A DNA stretch of 64,000 nucleotides from an uncultured delta proteobacterium (GCA_963755715.1 CAVWLW010000043.1:32001-96000), one strand, 5' to 3'. Shown: positions 54,398 through 64,000, counted from the first letter of the stretch. A program made the numbers and translations. Notes: generated by a model not told the origin, from the letters alone.

Positions 54398-55237
54398 ATG
54401 GCGATTGCGAATGTAAATGGCGTCGAGATTTACTATGAAACACAAGGGAGCGGAGAGCCGGTTCTGCTGGTTCCGCCGAGCTGGTGGCCGTGCGCAACGT
54501 GGAACGTCGTTGTAGTTCCGATCCTTTCGCGGCGCTATCGCACGATCATCTATGACGGCCGCGGGACGGGACGAAGCGGTAAGCCCAAGGATGATTACAC
54601 CGTACGTCAGTTCGCCGCCGATGGCATCGAGCTTCTGAAGCAGCTCGGTATTACCCGATGTCACGTCGTTGGCTTCGCGATTGGCGGTCAGATCGTGCAG
54701 GCGATGGCGATCGATCGGCCCGATCTCATCGCGAGTCTGACGATCGCCGCCACCGGTCCGGGCTCGCGACGGCTCGATGGGACACCGCGGGAAGTCGGAC
54801 CGGAAGCTTTACAGGACATCGAGAAGATCGGCTTCGAGAAATACATCCGCACGCATATCGACAACGACCACATGGCGTACAATCCCGATTACTACCGCGA
54901 CCATCGCGAAGTGGCCGCAAGTTTGGCGCAGGCGCTGTGGTCGGGGCAAAGCACGGTCGAGCAGTATCATATCCATGAACAAGCGCGGCCTAGCTGGGAT
55001 ACTTTAGCCGAAGCGCCGAAGGTAAAAGTGCCGACGCTGGTTCTTTGCGGCGCGGACGATGGCGTCGAACGGCGCGGCAGCACGCCCGCGGCGACCGCGA
55101 AGATGCTGGCGCCGTTGATTCCGGGAGCGGAGTTAGCGCTGATTCCAAAGACCAGACATATGACGTTCTGGGATGGCGACGGCGCGCTGATCGCGTTACA
55201 AGGTTTCTTGGCGCGCCATCCGATCCGCACACATTGA
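54398..55237 (+). CDS. Alpha/beta-hydrolase fold protein, Ala at nucleophile elbow (paralog 3)
   Basis: PPSWWPCATW, DGRGTGRS, GFAIGG, LCGADD, RHMTFWDG. Confidence 0.85.
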   Translation: MAIANVNGVEIYYETQGSGEPVLLVPPSWWPCATWNVVVVPILSRRYRTIIYDGRGTGRSGKPKDDYTVRQFAADGIELLKQLGITRCHVVGFAIGGQIVQAMAIDRPDLIASLTIAATGPGSRRLDGTPREVGPEALQDIEKIGFEKYIRTHIDNDHMAYNPDYYRDHREVAASLAQALWSGQSTVEQYHIHEQARPSWDTLAEAPKVKVPTLVLCGADDGVERRGSTPAATAKMLAPLIPGAELALIPKTRHMTFWDGDGALIALQGFLARHPIRTH

Positions 55238-55498
55238 ACCTCGCCGGAAATAGTTCCCGCCGGCACACGACGTAGGGCGCGATTCATCCCGCCTGAGAGA
55301 AGATCGGCAATTCTTGCTGCACAGAAGCCAAAATAAAGGGGCGGGTTTCAAACATATCCCCCTCACGTCCAACAAGTTTCATAAACTTCTAACTACACGG
55401 AAAGACAACACAGTGAAAAGTCGCAAAGCCGGCTAATGTCGATCTTTGTGCATTAACTATCGTGAAGTTTTCGAGAAGTCCGGAAGGGGGCTCGCTCG

Positions 55499-55535
55499 AA
55501 AAAATGGCCCCCGAGAGCTGGAACTCTCAGAGGCC
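55499..55535 (-). terminator. Putative intrinsic terminator downstream of the PDZ lipoprotein gene
   Basis: Minus strand GGCCTCTGAGAG-TTCCAG-CTCTCGGGGGCC-ATTTTTT. Confidence 0.6.
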
Positions 55536-55659
55536 GGAAAGGTTTGACGATATCGCAATTATTATTTCCGCATGGGGCGGAAATAGCGAGATGGTGAACG
55601 CGATCTATGTCCGGTGACGCATTATCACTTGATCACCTTGTCCGCCCGCGCCAGCAAGG

Positions 55660-56415
55660 CTATGGATTGAGCTGCACAGTCTTCTCAAGGCGCTGGCCGC
55701 GGCGAACGATTGATAAGGCAACCTGCTTGCCTCCATGCTCACGGAGAAGTTCGTTAAACGCTTGAGCATTGGCGATTGCAACGCCGTCTACAGCGATTAC
55801 CACGTCGCCTATCTGCAAATCCGCATTAAAGGCCGGGCTCTCATCAACGACTAATCGGACCACTGCGCCCTGGTTGGTTTGGAGTTCTTGGCGTTCTGCG
55901 TCGTTGAGGTCACGGCTCAACGCACCTAGTCGGAACCGTTGCTTCACGAAGTAGACCGCGCCATAGTCTGACAGGGCAATTGTGGCCGGCACATAGGATG
56001 TGATGTCATCGAGAGCCCTGCTGGAGTCTTTGGGGGCCCTTGTTAGTATCGTAATCGGAATGTCATAAGTCACCGTCCCGGCGTACCTAGGATTCAGAAT
56101 TAGTACCAGGTCCGCACCTACGTCCTGTGCCTGACGAACAGCTGAATCCTCCGACTCAGGGTGACCGGTCTTGAACATTGAGTTGCCAATCATGATGTAG
56201 CCGCGCTTTGCGTAGGCATCAAGAATCATCTTGCTGTCGCCGCGCTCTGCGCGCTCCACGATGGGTGTAGCCGGTGGTGGCGCCACACGTATAGCCGCTA
56301 CAGCCTCCGGAGTCGCACCCTGCGCCTGCTTGTAGAACTCCTTGTATCCACTACATGCAGTGAGGAATAACGTAAAGAAAAGAGGAAGGAACGGACTCGA
56401 AAGTGCCTTGATCAC
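55660..56415 (-). CDS. PDZ-domain lipoprotein
   Basis: Lipobox LTAC, RBS AGGAGG, PDZ motif VVDESPAFNADLQIGDVVIAVDG. Confidence 0.82.
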   Translation of the reverse strand: MIKALSSPFLPLFFTLFLTACSGYKEFYKQAQGATPEAVAAIRVAPPPATPIVERAERGDSKMILDAYAKRGYIMIGNSMFKTGHPESEDSAVRQAQDVGADLVLILNPRYAGTVTYDIPITILTRAPKDSSRALDDITSYVPATIALSDYGAVYFVKQRFRLGALSRDLNDAERQELQTNQGAVVRLVVDESPAFNADLQIGDVVIAVDGVAIANAQAFNELLREHGGKQVALSIVRRGQRLEKTVQLNP

Positions 56416-56424
56416 AGGAGCCTC

Positions 56425-56551
56425 CTTGCTCTGCGGCTGGTGAGAGCCCCGAGATGTAACTAATCCGCGGGATGTTGGTGGGTCGCTGCGCTTCGGCTCG
56501 ATGAATTGAGACGAGAAGCAGAACCGGGAGCAGCCAAAACTTTCTATTCAT
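56425..56551 (-). pseudogene. N-terminal remnant of an ABC_sub_bind-type substrate-binding protein
   Basis: MNRKFWLLPVLLLVSIHRAEAQRPTNIPRISYISGLS is the typical start of that family, cut off at the PDZ gene RBS. Confidence 0.6.
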
Positions 56552-57108
56552 AGCCAGCCCTTCACCGCAATGGATATGCCACAAAGGCGGGCGATATTAA
56601 AATCAGTATTTTTTATCGCGAGAACAGTCGTTGAGCGTGGCGATTCGACAACAGGAGCTGTATCAGATTTGATTCGTGGGGTGAACGACAGCTCTCACCG
56701 ATCACAACGCCTTTCGCCCAAACAGCCACCGACCGGTAACAATCGTTAGATAGGCGAACGCCAAACCCAAGGCGATGCTCACCATAAAGGCGAACGGATT
56801 GACCCATCGCGCTACAACAACGAAGGCCAAAACATTGGCCACGAAAATGTAGGCGTAGAACTTGACGGCGTACGGCATGAAGCCGGGGGTTTATCGTTGA
56901 TGGGGTTGGATTGCAACCCGACGCCGGAGAGGGCGCCGGATTTATTGAGCCATCGCCTCAAGCATTAGGAACAATAGATAGCCGACCAATATTGTGGCGA
57001 TGATAACGAAAGGGTGAGATTCAACCCATCGGTGGCGGTCGGCGGCCGGTTGCTTTCTTTCCTCAACCTGCGCTAGAAGAACCTTCTGCGGTCACGGAGG
57101 TTGGCGAT

Positions 57109-57366
57109 ATGGCCGTTGATAAACGTAAGGCGCTTCAACCCGTCCTGGATAGCATCGAAAAGGGATGGCAGATCATAAAGCCGTCTCCCCTGAATCCGGA
57201 TGACCTCGACACCGAATGCATTTTTCAACACAGAGCAGCAGGACACGAACAAGTAAGAATTGTTATTGATAATAGCCTTTTCCGACTCAGCAACATATCC
57301 GAACTTCAAGACCTCGTTCGATCAGTAATCAAACCTGGCCCTAACATTTACTTAGCGAGACCGTAG
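57109..57366 (+). CDS. Hypothetical protein (85 aa)
   Basis: ATG with GGAGG RBS; no recognised motif. Confidence 0.5.
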   Translation: MAVDKRKALQPVLDSIEKGWQIIKPSPLNPDDLDTECIFQHRAAGHEQVRIVIDNSLFRLSNISELQDLVRSVIKPGPNIYLARP

Positions 57367-57616
57367 GCCCGGCTCTTTCAATTTCAACCACTGGCGACAA
57401 ATCCGGTTTTCCATCGTCGATCCATTTTTTGGCGAATGTAAGGCCTTCTATTTCCGCTTTTTGTCGTACACGAAATCTGCGCTTATCAGTTAACTTAATA
57501 AGCCTTCCTTTGCCGTCTTCACTCCAAATTACCTTAATGCGTGGTTCCCACTGACGCGTAGCAGGCACCGGCGCAGTTGAAACAATGATGTTGTGACCTT
57601 TATGGCTTTCGTTCAT
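57341..57616 (-). CDS. Small hypothetical protein, 'WID' (CV_2116-like) family
   Basis: HKGHNI..WEP..F..KAEIEGLTFAKKWID. Confidence 0.6.
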   Translation of the reverse strand: MNESHKGHNIIVSTAPVPATRQWEPRIKVIWSEDGKGRLIKLTDKRRFRVRQKAEIEGLTFAKKWIDDGKPDLSPVVEIERAGPTVSLSKC

Positions 57617-57687
57617 GAGGCTTCCTTCTTAGTCGAATTATTTCTCTGAAGAGAAATTGTCTTTGATTAGGTATTTGGGAGCAAGCT

Positions 57688-58180
57688 TTATCGCTGGATT
57701 GCAACCTGATACCGGCGAGGGCGCCGGATCTTTGGAGCGGTGAGCGGAAAGTAAAAGTGAAATTTAGTCACGGTTGAGCAGTTCGGCACAGCGCGATACG
57801 TCCCACCATCCCCAGGTGTCACGCGTGATCTCGATGCGTTTGACCGTCCCATCAGCAGCCGGCAAAAGCGAACCTCGCAAATAATCGGAATCGTAGTCGC
57901 TGGCGTGTAGCTTGAATTGCCCTGAATCTGCCCGTACTTATTTACCGTTCCAGAGAAATTCGACGAGCCAGGGAGCGTAAGCGAATTCATGCCCGAGTGC
58001 CAAGTGTAGAACTTGTCGCCGTTCGATAATGCGTACTCACTGACTGGTGGACCATAGCTGATAAAAAATTGATCGATGTGCCGGCCTGTATAACGTTCAC
58101 CCGAGCGATCCAGCCACGCCCTGCGTTGTGGTGCAGGCTGCTAAAAATAAAGCGCCGGCAAGCAATGCTCGATAGGGCAT
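57688..58180 (-). pseudogene. Frameshifted or truncated lipoprotein gene
   Basis: MPYRALLAGALFLAACTT lipobox, then another frame GRHIDQFFISYGPP..YTW..CEVRF. Confidence 0.5.
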
Positions 58181-58691
58181 GGAGCGGCGTTTAAGGGCTA
58201 GGCGGCTTTAGCGGATCGCAAATCTTTTTTGCTAGATCGAGGCCGCGTCTTGCATCCGTGAGGTCCTCTATGTTGCTTTTGATCTGGCTTTTCTTTTCCT
58301 CTAGTCGTCTGATCATTCATCCGTCAATTCCTGCGCCGTATAGTCCTTTAGGTTAGCCATCAGTGACCTCCAAGCCCGACGATTTAGCGCGATCATGTAC
58401 CGCACACCAGGAGAAAGCAGTCCTTCAGTTGCCGCCGATCGCACCGGCGCCCAATTTGATCACGCCCGCGGGTGCGTGTTCGCGTGCACGCTCTTCACTT
58501 GGCGAATCGCCACGCCCGTATAAATTTCCGTGGTGATGATCGAAGCGCGTGACCTGCTAGAGAAGGGGTAGACAGAGACCACCCTGAGTGGGTAGTATGA
58601 AAGTTGCTACCGAAACTTAATTGCGTTTTTCTTACTACACCTCGCCAGGCCAGTCAGGGCCGGAACGCCTTACAAATGGGGAGTTCTGCGC

Positions 58692-58916
58692 ATGTCTACC
58701 GTACTGTATAGAAAATACTATACGTTAATCTCTCGACCACGCTATGATGAGAAGTTTCGCCTCTGGTTTCCGTACGCTAGTATCTCTTGGTATGGCGACA
58801 CGTTTCATTATCAGCAGTTCAAAGACTTTGAAAAGTCATTCCAGACAGAAGAACAAGCGTTAGCTTTTGGCTTCGGCGCTGCTCGCAGTTGGATTGACGA
58901 GCATAAGTCAGACTGA
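58692..58916 (+). CDS. Small hypothetical protein, 'WID' (CV_2116-like) family
   Basis: RBS GGGAG; YRKYYTL..WFP..FQTEEQALAFGFGAARSWID. Confidence 0.65.
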   Translation: MSTVLYRKYYTLISRPRYDEKFRLWFPYASISWYGDTFHYQQFKDFEKSFQTEEQALAFGFGAARSWIDEHKSD

Positions 58917-58950
58917 ACTACGACAGCGAAATTATTTGGCTTATCTCTTT

Positions 58951-59406
58951 TTACTGCCGTTGCCGGAAGTGATCCGCAAACTTTTGTGAATTCGGCAAAA
59001 AAGTTGTAGAGCATGAAGGACGCGAGCCATCGGGTGTTGCCGAGCTATTCCGACTGAGTTGACCGATGGCTTCTTTAGAAAATGCCCCGTGTAATCCGCT
59101 GGAGTGGTCTTGTAGTCTTTGGCTTTGTTCCAAAAGTGCTTCGGTAGATGGTGGCATTTGCCGCTCCCGATGGCTCACTCTTGGGGATTCCAAAATCTGC
59201 TTATCAATCCATTGTCGTCCCAGTATAAAACCAAGCTCGATTGCCTTTTCTTGGATAATAAAAGCGTGGTGGGTCAGGATTGTGTTTAGAACTCCGGCGG
59301 AATCACCGCGCCGTATTTCCACAACCGGAGTGAATTGATACTGGTTTGGCGTATCGAAGATAACAGAAACGGAAATGAGATGCCCGCTGTATTTTAGGTT
59401 GGCCAC
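58951..59406 (-). CDS. Hypothetical protein with N-terminal 'WID' (CV_2116-like) domain
   Basis: RBS AGGAG; YSGHLI..FTP..F..EKAIELGFILGRQWID. Confidence 0.55.
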   Translation of the reverse strand: MANLKYSGHLISVSVIFDTPNQYQFTPVVEIRRGDSAGVLNTILTHHAFIIQEKAIELGFILGRQWIDKQILESPRVSHRERQMPPSTEALLEQSQRLQDHSSGLHGAFSKEAIGQLSRNSSATPDGSRPSCSTTFLPNSQKFADHFRQRQ

Positions 59407-59645
59407 AACTCCTTACCTCTTTTCCCGTGGGGGCTTCCGGCCATCACTGGCCCGGCGCTTTAAGCTCTCACGTCTATTCTAACTTAAACATTAGCTATGG
59501 CAGGCCGCGAACGGCGTCGGTCTAATATTTAGACACTTTTGGAAAAAAAAGAGCCGTCAAACGTAGACACCTTGCTTACTTGATCACCTGAAGAATCTGA
59601 TACGCTATCGCGCCGCTCAGCATGTGGCAATATAAATAACCAGTT

Positions 59646-59858
59646 TCATCCAATTCTTTTTTGTGTCCTTGACAAACGATCAGAGGCACGATGGCTGAGC
59701 GAGTTTGGTGATTTAATGGACTCCATCGTCTCTTTAGCACGAGCAATGACTTTTCTTGATTCTTGGAAATCTTTTTGAAAGGCTTCGCGCAGTATGCGAG
59801 ACTCTTCTTGTAGTCGTCTGTTGATCCTCCAAAAGTTTATCGATGTGGGTTGTGGCAT
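59646..59858 (-). CDS. Small helical hypothetical protein
   Basis: RBS GAGGAGG, 70 aa, coiled-coil-like. Confidence 0.45.
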   Translation of the reverse strand: MPQPTSINFWRINRRLQEESRILREAFQKDFQESRKVIARAKETMESIKSPNSLSHRASDRLSRTQKRIG

Positions 59859-60303
59859 TGGAACCTCCTCTGTCGGTTAGGGCTTGCGCTCCCGGTCCTA
59901 TGGGCCGGCAAATGGATAAGCTCAAACGGTTGTTGGATCTGCCAAGTTTAGGCTTGGATGCGCAACCAAAGTAATCTTTTTGGGAAGGTCCAACCACTGA
60001 GAATTATTCCAAGTCTGCGCTTCATTTCCGGTTCGGGTGGTATTCCGGTTATACTCAACTTCAATGAGGTGTTTCTTCGCTTCGATTTCTACTGACCATG
60101 TCCTGTCCATTATGATCCTCCAAAATGGGTGGGCTGGTAGGCCCACCGTCCAAAAATTTCATAACGCAATTCAATTCGTGAGCTAAACGTACGCCAATGG
60201 GTAGGAATTGCTGTCCAATAGTAGACAATTTTCGGAAAATTATTGTAGGCTTTGAGCTCTCCGCAAGCAGCCCACGAGCAGCGCCCGTCCTGTGCGCATT
60301 GCT

Positions 60304-60490
60304 TTAGTTCTTGAAGACTACGGCAAAAAATTTCTGCGTTGCCGCCCAACGCCCGCACATTGGCTTGGTCATTGGCCGGCGAGTCCGGTGTGCTGAAAGC
60401 CTGATCGGCGCCACTGTAGAGTTCCAGTTGCCAATCGACCTGGGTCTGGCACAGCTCCTTGATCGCGAGATCGTAAGCATCCCGATCTTC
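60304..60490 (-). pseudogene. C-terminal remnant of a dienelactone hydrolase family gene
   Basis: KELCQTQVDWQLELYSGADQAFSTP..ANVRA/WAATQKFFAVVF* across a frameshift; Gln at the catalytic His position. Confidence 0.6.
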
Positions 60491-60733
60491 CTATCTATGG
60501 GACCATGAACCGATCGGCGGGAATGCGAGCAATCGATGCGGCGCGGGGCGGTGGGCAGAAAATAAGCGTCAGCATTGATGACGGAAAATAACGGCCGGCA
60601 AGCGGCGTTCAAAGTTCAAGGTCAGATTAGAAACCCGGAATCGGTTCAAAACGTTCGAACAGTCTGCCCTGAGTTAATCGGCATCCATCTTTGCTGACAA
60701 ACGACATGCGCAGAGAAACCGCTTAAGCACTTG

Positions 60734-61258
60734 CTATTTCTTCTCTGCGCTTTTCTCGGCGGGAATCACCTCTGCCTCGATTTTAACAGGAGCGACGCCG
60801 CCCTTGGTCATGCCCAATTCTTTTGCTGCGCCTTTTGAAAGGTCGATATCACGCCCTTTAACGTAAGGGCCGCGATCGTTGATTTTGACATCTACAGAGG
60901 TTCCGTTTTCCAGGTTCGTAACGGTAGCCTTCGTTCCCAGCGGCAAGGTCGGATGAGCTGCAGTTTTTTCGTTTTGATCGAATTTTTCTCCGGTCGCTGT
61001 TTTCTTACCATGGAAACCGGGGCCATAAAATGAAGCTTCCCCAACCTGTTCGACAATCGGCTTGCCGTCGCTGCCTTTATTGACAGTAACTTTGTCCTTC
61101 ACCAAATCCTGGCTGCCTTCGGCCTTTTCGGTATGTTCCACTTTTCGTTTTACTTTTTCTGCGATCTTTTTGGCCTCTTTGGTGTCCTTGTCCTCGCTTG
61201 AGACGGTTCCGCTCAAGGCCAGGGAGATTAGAAGAGGAATCAGAATGCGTGTAGCCAT
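60734..61258 (-). CDS. rlpA: RlpA-family (DPBB) lytic transglycosylase without SPOR domain
   Basis: GEASFYGPGFHGKKTATGE, TAAHPTLPLGT, INDRGPYVKGRDIDLS. Confidence 0.9.
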   Translation of the reverse strand: MATRILIPLLISLALSGTVSSEDKDTKEAKKIAEKVKRKVEHTEKAEGSQDLVKDKVTVNKGSDGKPIVEQVGEASFYGPGFHGKKTATGEKFDQNEKTAAHPTLPLGTKATVTNLENGTSVDVKINDRGPYVKGRDIDLSKGAAKELGMTKGGVAPVKIEAEVIPAEKSAEKK

Positions 61259-61471
61259 AAGTATTCTCCATTTTGCTCCTCGTCGGCCTACGAAAATGGC
61301 GCTGCAAGAGCAACAGGGCCACGATTCACATACCCGGCGCAAAATTGTTACTGATACTTATTGGCAAGCCGTGTACCAACGACGGAATCGCTTGGAAATC
61401 TATTAGAAATCAAAGGGCGGAGGGCGTGTTTTCAGAAGGAGGGTCTTATACTTTGGAGGAAATTGACCTTA

Positions 61472-61861
61472 ATGATCGAAAAGTTTGTCGGCCAATTCCC
61501 CCCCGGCGCGAAGCTTGTGGAAATGCGCATGCTGCGTCTTCTTGTGAGGTTTTTTTCGAGGCATGGGTTTCGCGTCTTGCAGGCCACGGACGGAGAACAG
61601 GCGCTCGAAATTTATCGTCGTGAGGCGAGAGAAATAGACGCGGTACTCCTGGACGTTCGACTTCCCAAAAAGACAGGCGATCAGGTGTTTCGCGAAATGA
61701 GGACTGTGAACCCCGCTGTTAAAGTAGTTTTGGCAAGTGGCTATCTAGACCCGAAAATCAAAACTGACATGACGTCGGCGGGCATCAAATACTTTGTGGA
61801 CAAGCCCTACGTCCTTAATGATCTGCTAGTCATCGTTGAGAATATGCTTTCAAACGGATGA
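61472..61861 (+). CDS. Single-domain response regulator with a degraded N-terminal acidic pocket
   Basis: ATDGEQAL, VLLDVRLPKKTG, LASGY, DKPY; LVEMRML where LVVEDE is expected. Confidence 0.65.
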   Translation: MIEKFVGQFPPGAKLVEMRMLRLLVRFFSRHGFRVLQATDGEQALEIYRREAREIDAVLLDVRLPKKTGDQVFREMRTVNPAVKVVLASGYLDPKIKTDMTSAGIKYFVDKPYVLNDLLVIVENMLSNG

Positions 61862-62031
61862 CCGTAGGTTTTGTTCATGCGCTTCTTTAAAACGGACCTT
61901 AGATGATGCTTCCGTACGAGCGTGGCAATGATCGAGGCGAATTACTGCGCGAGACAACAACTCAATCCGGACAACCCGGGCCATCGAGAAGTCTTCGAGA
62001 AGTTGGCCAGAAATTTCAATGATATTATGGT

Positions 62032-62062
62032 TGTGGGGGCGGGTTTCAAACCCGCCCCCACA
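62032..62062. repeat. Perfect REP-like palindrome between convergent genes
   Basis: TGTGGGGGCGGGTTT-C-AAACCCGCCCCCACA; degenerate copy at ~55337-55361. Confidence 0.75.
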
Positions 62063-62086
62063 TAAGCCGCTCGTCGTGAAATTTGT

Positions 62087-62944
62087 CTATGCGAATTTTG
62101 CGGTCACCAGCATCGAAAGCTTGCCTTCGCCATCCAATGCCCAGAGCTTGGCTTCGCGGCCGTCCGCCGACGGTGATCCCGCGAGGGTAACCTTGCCGCT
62201 GGTATCGTACACCGAGCGCAGATTTTGAAAATCGAAGTTCGTCATACGGCGATTCGGCATTTCCCTGCGGCACATCTCCATGAGCAACTGCGAGATCAGC
62301 GAGCTCTGTACGACCAGCCCAGGGAGTTTTTCCACCTTGGTCACGTAGTCGCGGTCATAGTGAATACGGTGACTGTTGAACCGGATCGCCGAGAAACGAA
62401 AGAGCAGCGGCGCATTGGGCTCGACGACTTGTTGCCATTTGGCTTCTCCGGGGACGGCGGGCGCCGATTTCGGCGCGGCTTCGGCGCGTTGCTCGCTGAG
62501 CATGCACGTATCTCGCTCTTCGACCACGCAAAGGCCGCGCCCGGTCGAGAGACTCTTACGTTCCACGACTGTTGCCATCGCGCCCTGGGGACCCTCGTCG
62601 ATCTGGATATCGCCAATTTCGGTTTTGCACGTGACGTCGTCCCCGACGCAGAGCGGTGCATGAAACGAAACGCGCGTCCCGGCGATGCGCCGGCGCGGCA
62701 ACGGAATCGGCGGCGCGATGCCGCCACCCGAGGCCTGCCCGTCCGTGCGCATCTTGTCGGGTCGATGCGACGCGGGGAAGAGGCCACCGTACCAACCGGG
62801 CGGAATCGGCGCGCCTTTTTCCAGCGGTGGATTCTCCAGTCCCAAAGTCGCGGCAAATTTTACTAGCATCGACGCGGTGACCACGTCATTAGCGGTTTCA
62901 CTCTTGCCGATGTAACTTTTGAAGCTTTCCAAAGATTCAGCCAT
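62087..62944 (-). CDS. MaoC/hotdog dehydratase, mesaconyl-C4-CoA hydratase-like
   Basis: PPIPLPRRRIAG, LFRFSAIRFNSHRIHYD, PGLVVQ; RBS GGAGG; minus-strand TTGACA-18-TACGCT at 62978-63007. Confidence 0.85.
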   Translation of the reverse strand: MAESLESFKSYIGKSETANDVVTASMLVKFAATLGLENPPLEKGAPIPPGWYGGLFPASHRPDKMRTDGQASGGGIAPPIPLPRRRIAGTRVSFHAPLCVGDDVTCKTEIGDIQIDEGPQGAMATVVERKSLSTGRGLCVVEERDTCMLSEQRAEAAPKSAPAVPGEAKWQQVVEPNAPLLFRFSAIRFNSHRIHYDRDYVTKVEKLPGLVVQSSLISQLLMEMCRREMPNRRMTNFDFQNLRSVYDTSGKVTLAGSPSADGREAKLWALDGEGKLSMLVTAKFA

Positions 62945-63123
62945 ACGCGTTACCTCCAGCGATATTGTATGTCGCGGAGCGTAGTCCGCGGAGGTTTGCC
63001 ATGTCAAGGCACCACGCAAGGGAAAGTATGCAATGTAATCTGGATCGAGATTTTTGCATGTAAGTTTTTTTCGTCTATGGTACGGAATACTCCGTAGCTT
63101 TACAGCAATGGAGGACCCTTCGG

Positions 63124-64000
63124 ATGAAAATAATTCATCGGCTTTTTTTCGGGGCAATGATTTTGTTCGGCATCGGCTGTGCCGCTTCCTTGTCCTCGCC
63201 GATTGCCGACCCACGCGCCGACCGTGAAAGAATGTCTGCCACTGACGATCCGGGTTGCACGGCGTCGACCTTGGTCTCTACAGGCGGAGCGTTTCCTAAA
63301 GATTCCCGAACGCTGGCGATCCGCTGGACGGGTTACACCAATTACGAGCTGGCCTACAACGGCCAGATAATTCTACTCGACGCTCATTTCGATCGAGGCA
63401 GTATGTTCCCGCCATTGGGATTTACTGCCGCCGATATCAAGCGAGCGAACGTCATCTTGCTCGGCCACGGTCATCTCGACCATATGTCGGATGCCGCGTC
63501 TGTCGGCGCCAGAACCGGTGCGATTGTGGTTGGCGCGCCGGTCACGACGGACAAGCTAAAAACCCAGGCCATTGATCCGAAACAGATCCGGACCGTCACC
63601 GGTCGCGGCGGCGAACTGCTCGAATTTCCCGGATACAAAGTCGAACCGATTCTTGGCCCGCCACGGTGAGCCGCCGAAAAATGTGACGGAGGCGTTCGAC
63701 AACGCGCTCAAGGCCACAGCGCCGGCGCCGACCAAAGAACAAATAGCCGAGCGCAACAAGATCCGAGAACGCGGCACCAACGATCCGCGCGTTGTTACGG
63801 AAGGAACGATTGCCTACCTGATTACACTGGATAACGGATTTCGCATCATGTTTCGCGACAGCGGTGGAGTGATCACGGACTACGAGAAAGCTGCGATGGC
63901 CCGAGTCGGACGTGTGGATGTCGCACTGGTCGCCGTGTCGGCGTCATTTCTGCACACCCTTACGTCGCAGCGGGCGCTGGAGCATGTCCGGACGTATAAA
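63124..64000 (+). CDS. Metallo-beta-lactamase fold lipoprotein, frameshift near 63658, runs off the window
   Basis: Lipobox GIGC, ILLDAHF, GHGHLDHMSD, shifted frame GRHGEPP..AYLITL..FRDSGG. Confidence 0.82.

Noticed and set aside
55390-55445. GAAA..GTCGCAAAGCCGGCTAA resembles a c-di-GMP-I riboswitch
   Set aside because: Lacks the GGCAAA start and a pairable P2 stem, and no downstream gene on that strand; an Infernal search with the Rfam model would settle it
58585-59540. Short palindromes (GGTAG..CTACC at ~58592, GTCTAATATTTAGAC at ~59520) as regulator sites
   Set aside because: Short, not repeated consistently, and no cognate regulator in the window
63640-63690. In-frame TGA in the MBL gene as possible selenocysteine or readthrough
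   Set aside because: Homology continues in a different frame (GRHGEPP), so it is a +1 indel

Overview
A 64 kb, mostly GC-rich bacterial window. The gene content (about 17 solute-binding proteins, mostly orphan NMT1/SsuA-type, plus CoA-transferases, MetE-like and DUF6282-like proteins, and intergenic heptamer and REP repeats) resembles Candidatus Binatia / uncultured Deltaproteobacteria; that taxonomy is inference only. There is no rRNA, tRNA, CRISPR array, transposase or integrase. At least 13 genes are split by single-base indels, which suggests an error-prone long-read assembly. Main blocks: (1) a signalling cluster at 5.3-10.8 kb headed by a histidine kinase whose sensor aligns without gaps to the plant ETR1 ethylene-binding domain, followed by a DivK-like receiver and a REC-REC-GAF-GGDEF-EAL protein; (2) an operon at 11.3-17.3 kb with hydroxycinnamoyl-CoA hydratase-lyase, acyl-CoA dehydrogenase and a BbsEF-like CoA-transferase pair; (3) TAXI-TRAP, TTT (tctABC) and ABC transporters; (4) a solitary integron gene cassette with a well-formed attC at 32.1-33.0 kb; (5) an unexplained cluster at 43.1-55.2 kb with a CADD/PqqC-like diiron protein, three alpha/beta-hydrolase paralogs that all have Ala at the nucleophile elbow, an E1 alpha/beta pair lacking the lipoyl-transfer histidines and any E2/E3, and two kinds of uptake system; (6) an AT-richer stretch at 55.3-62 kb of small proteins and gene remnants. 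All family assignments come from motif recognition by eye; no database searches were run.
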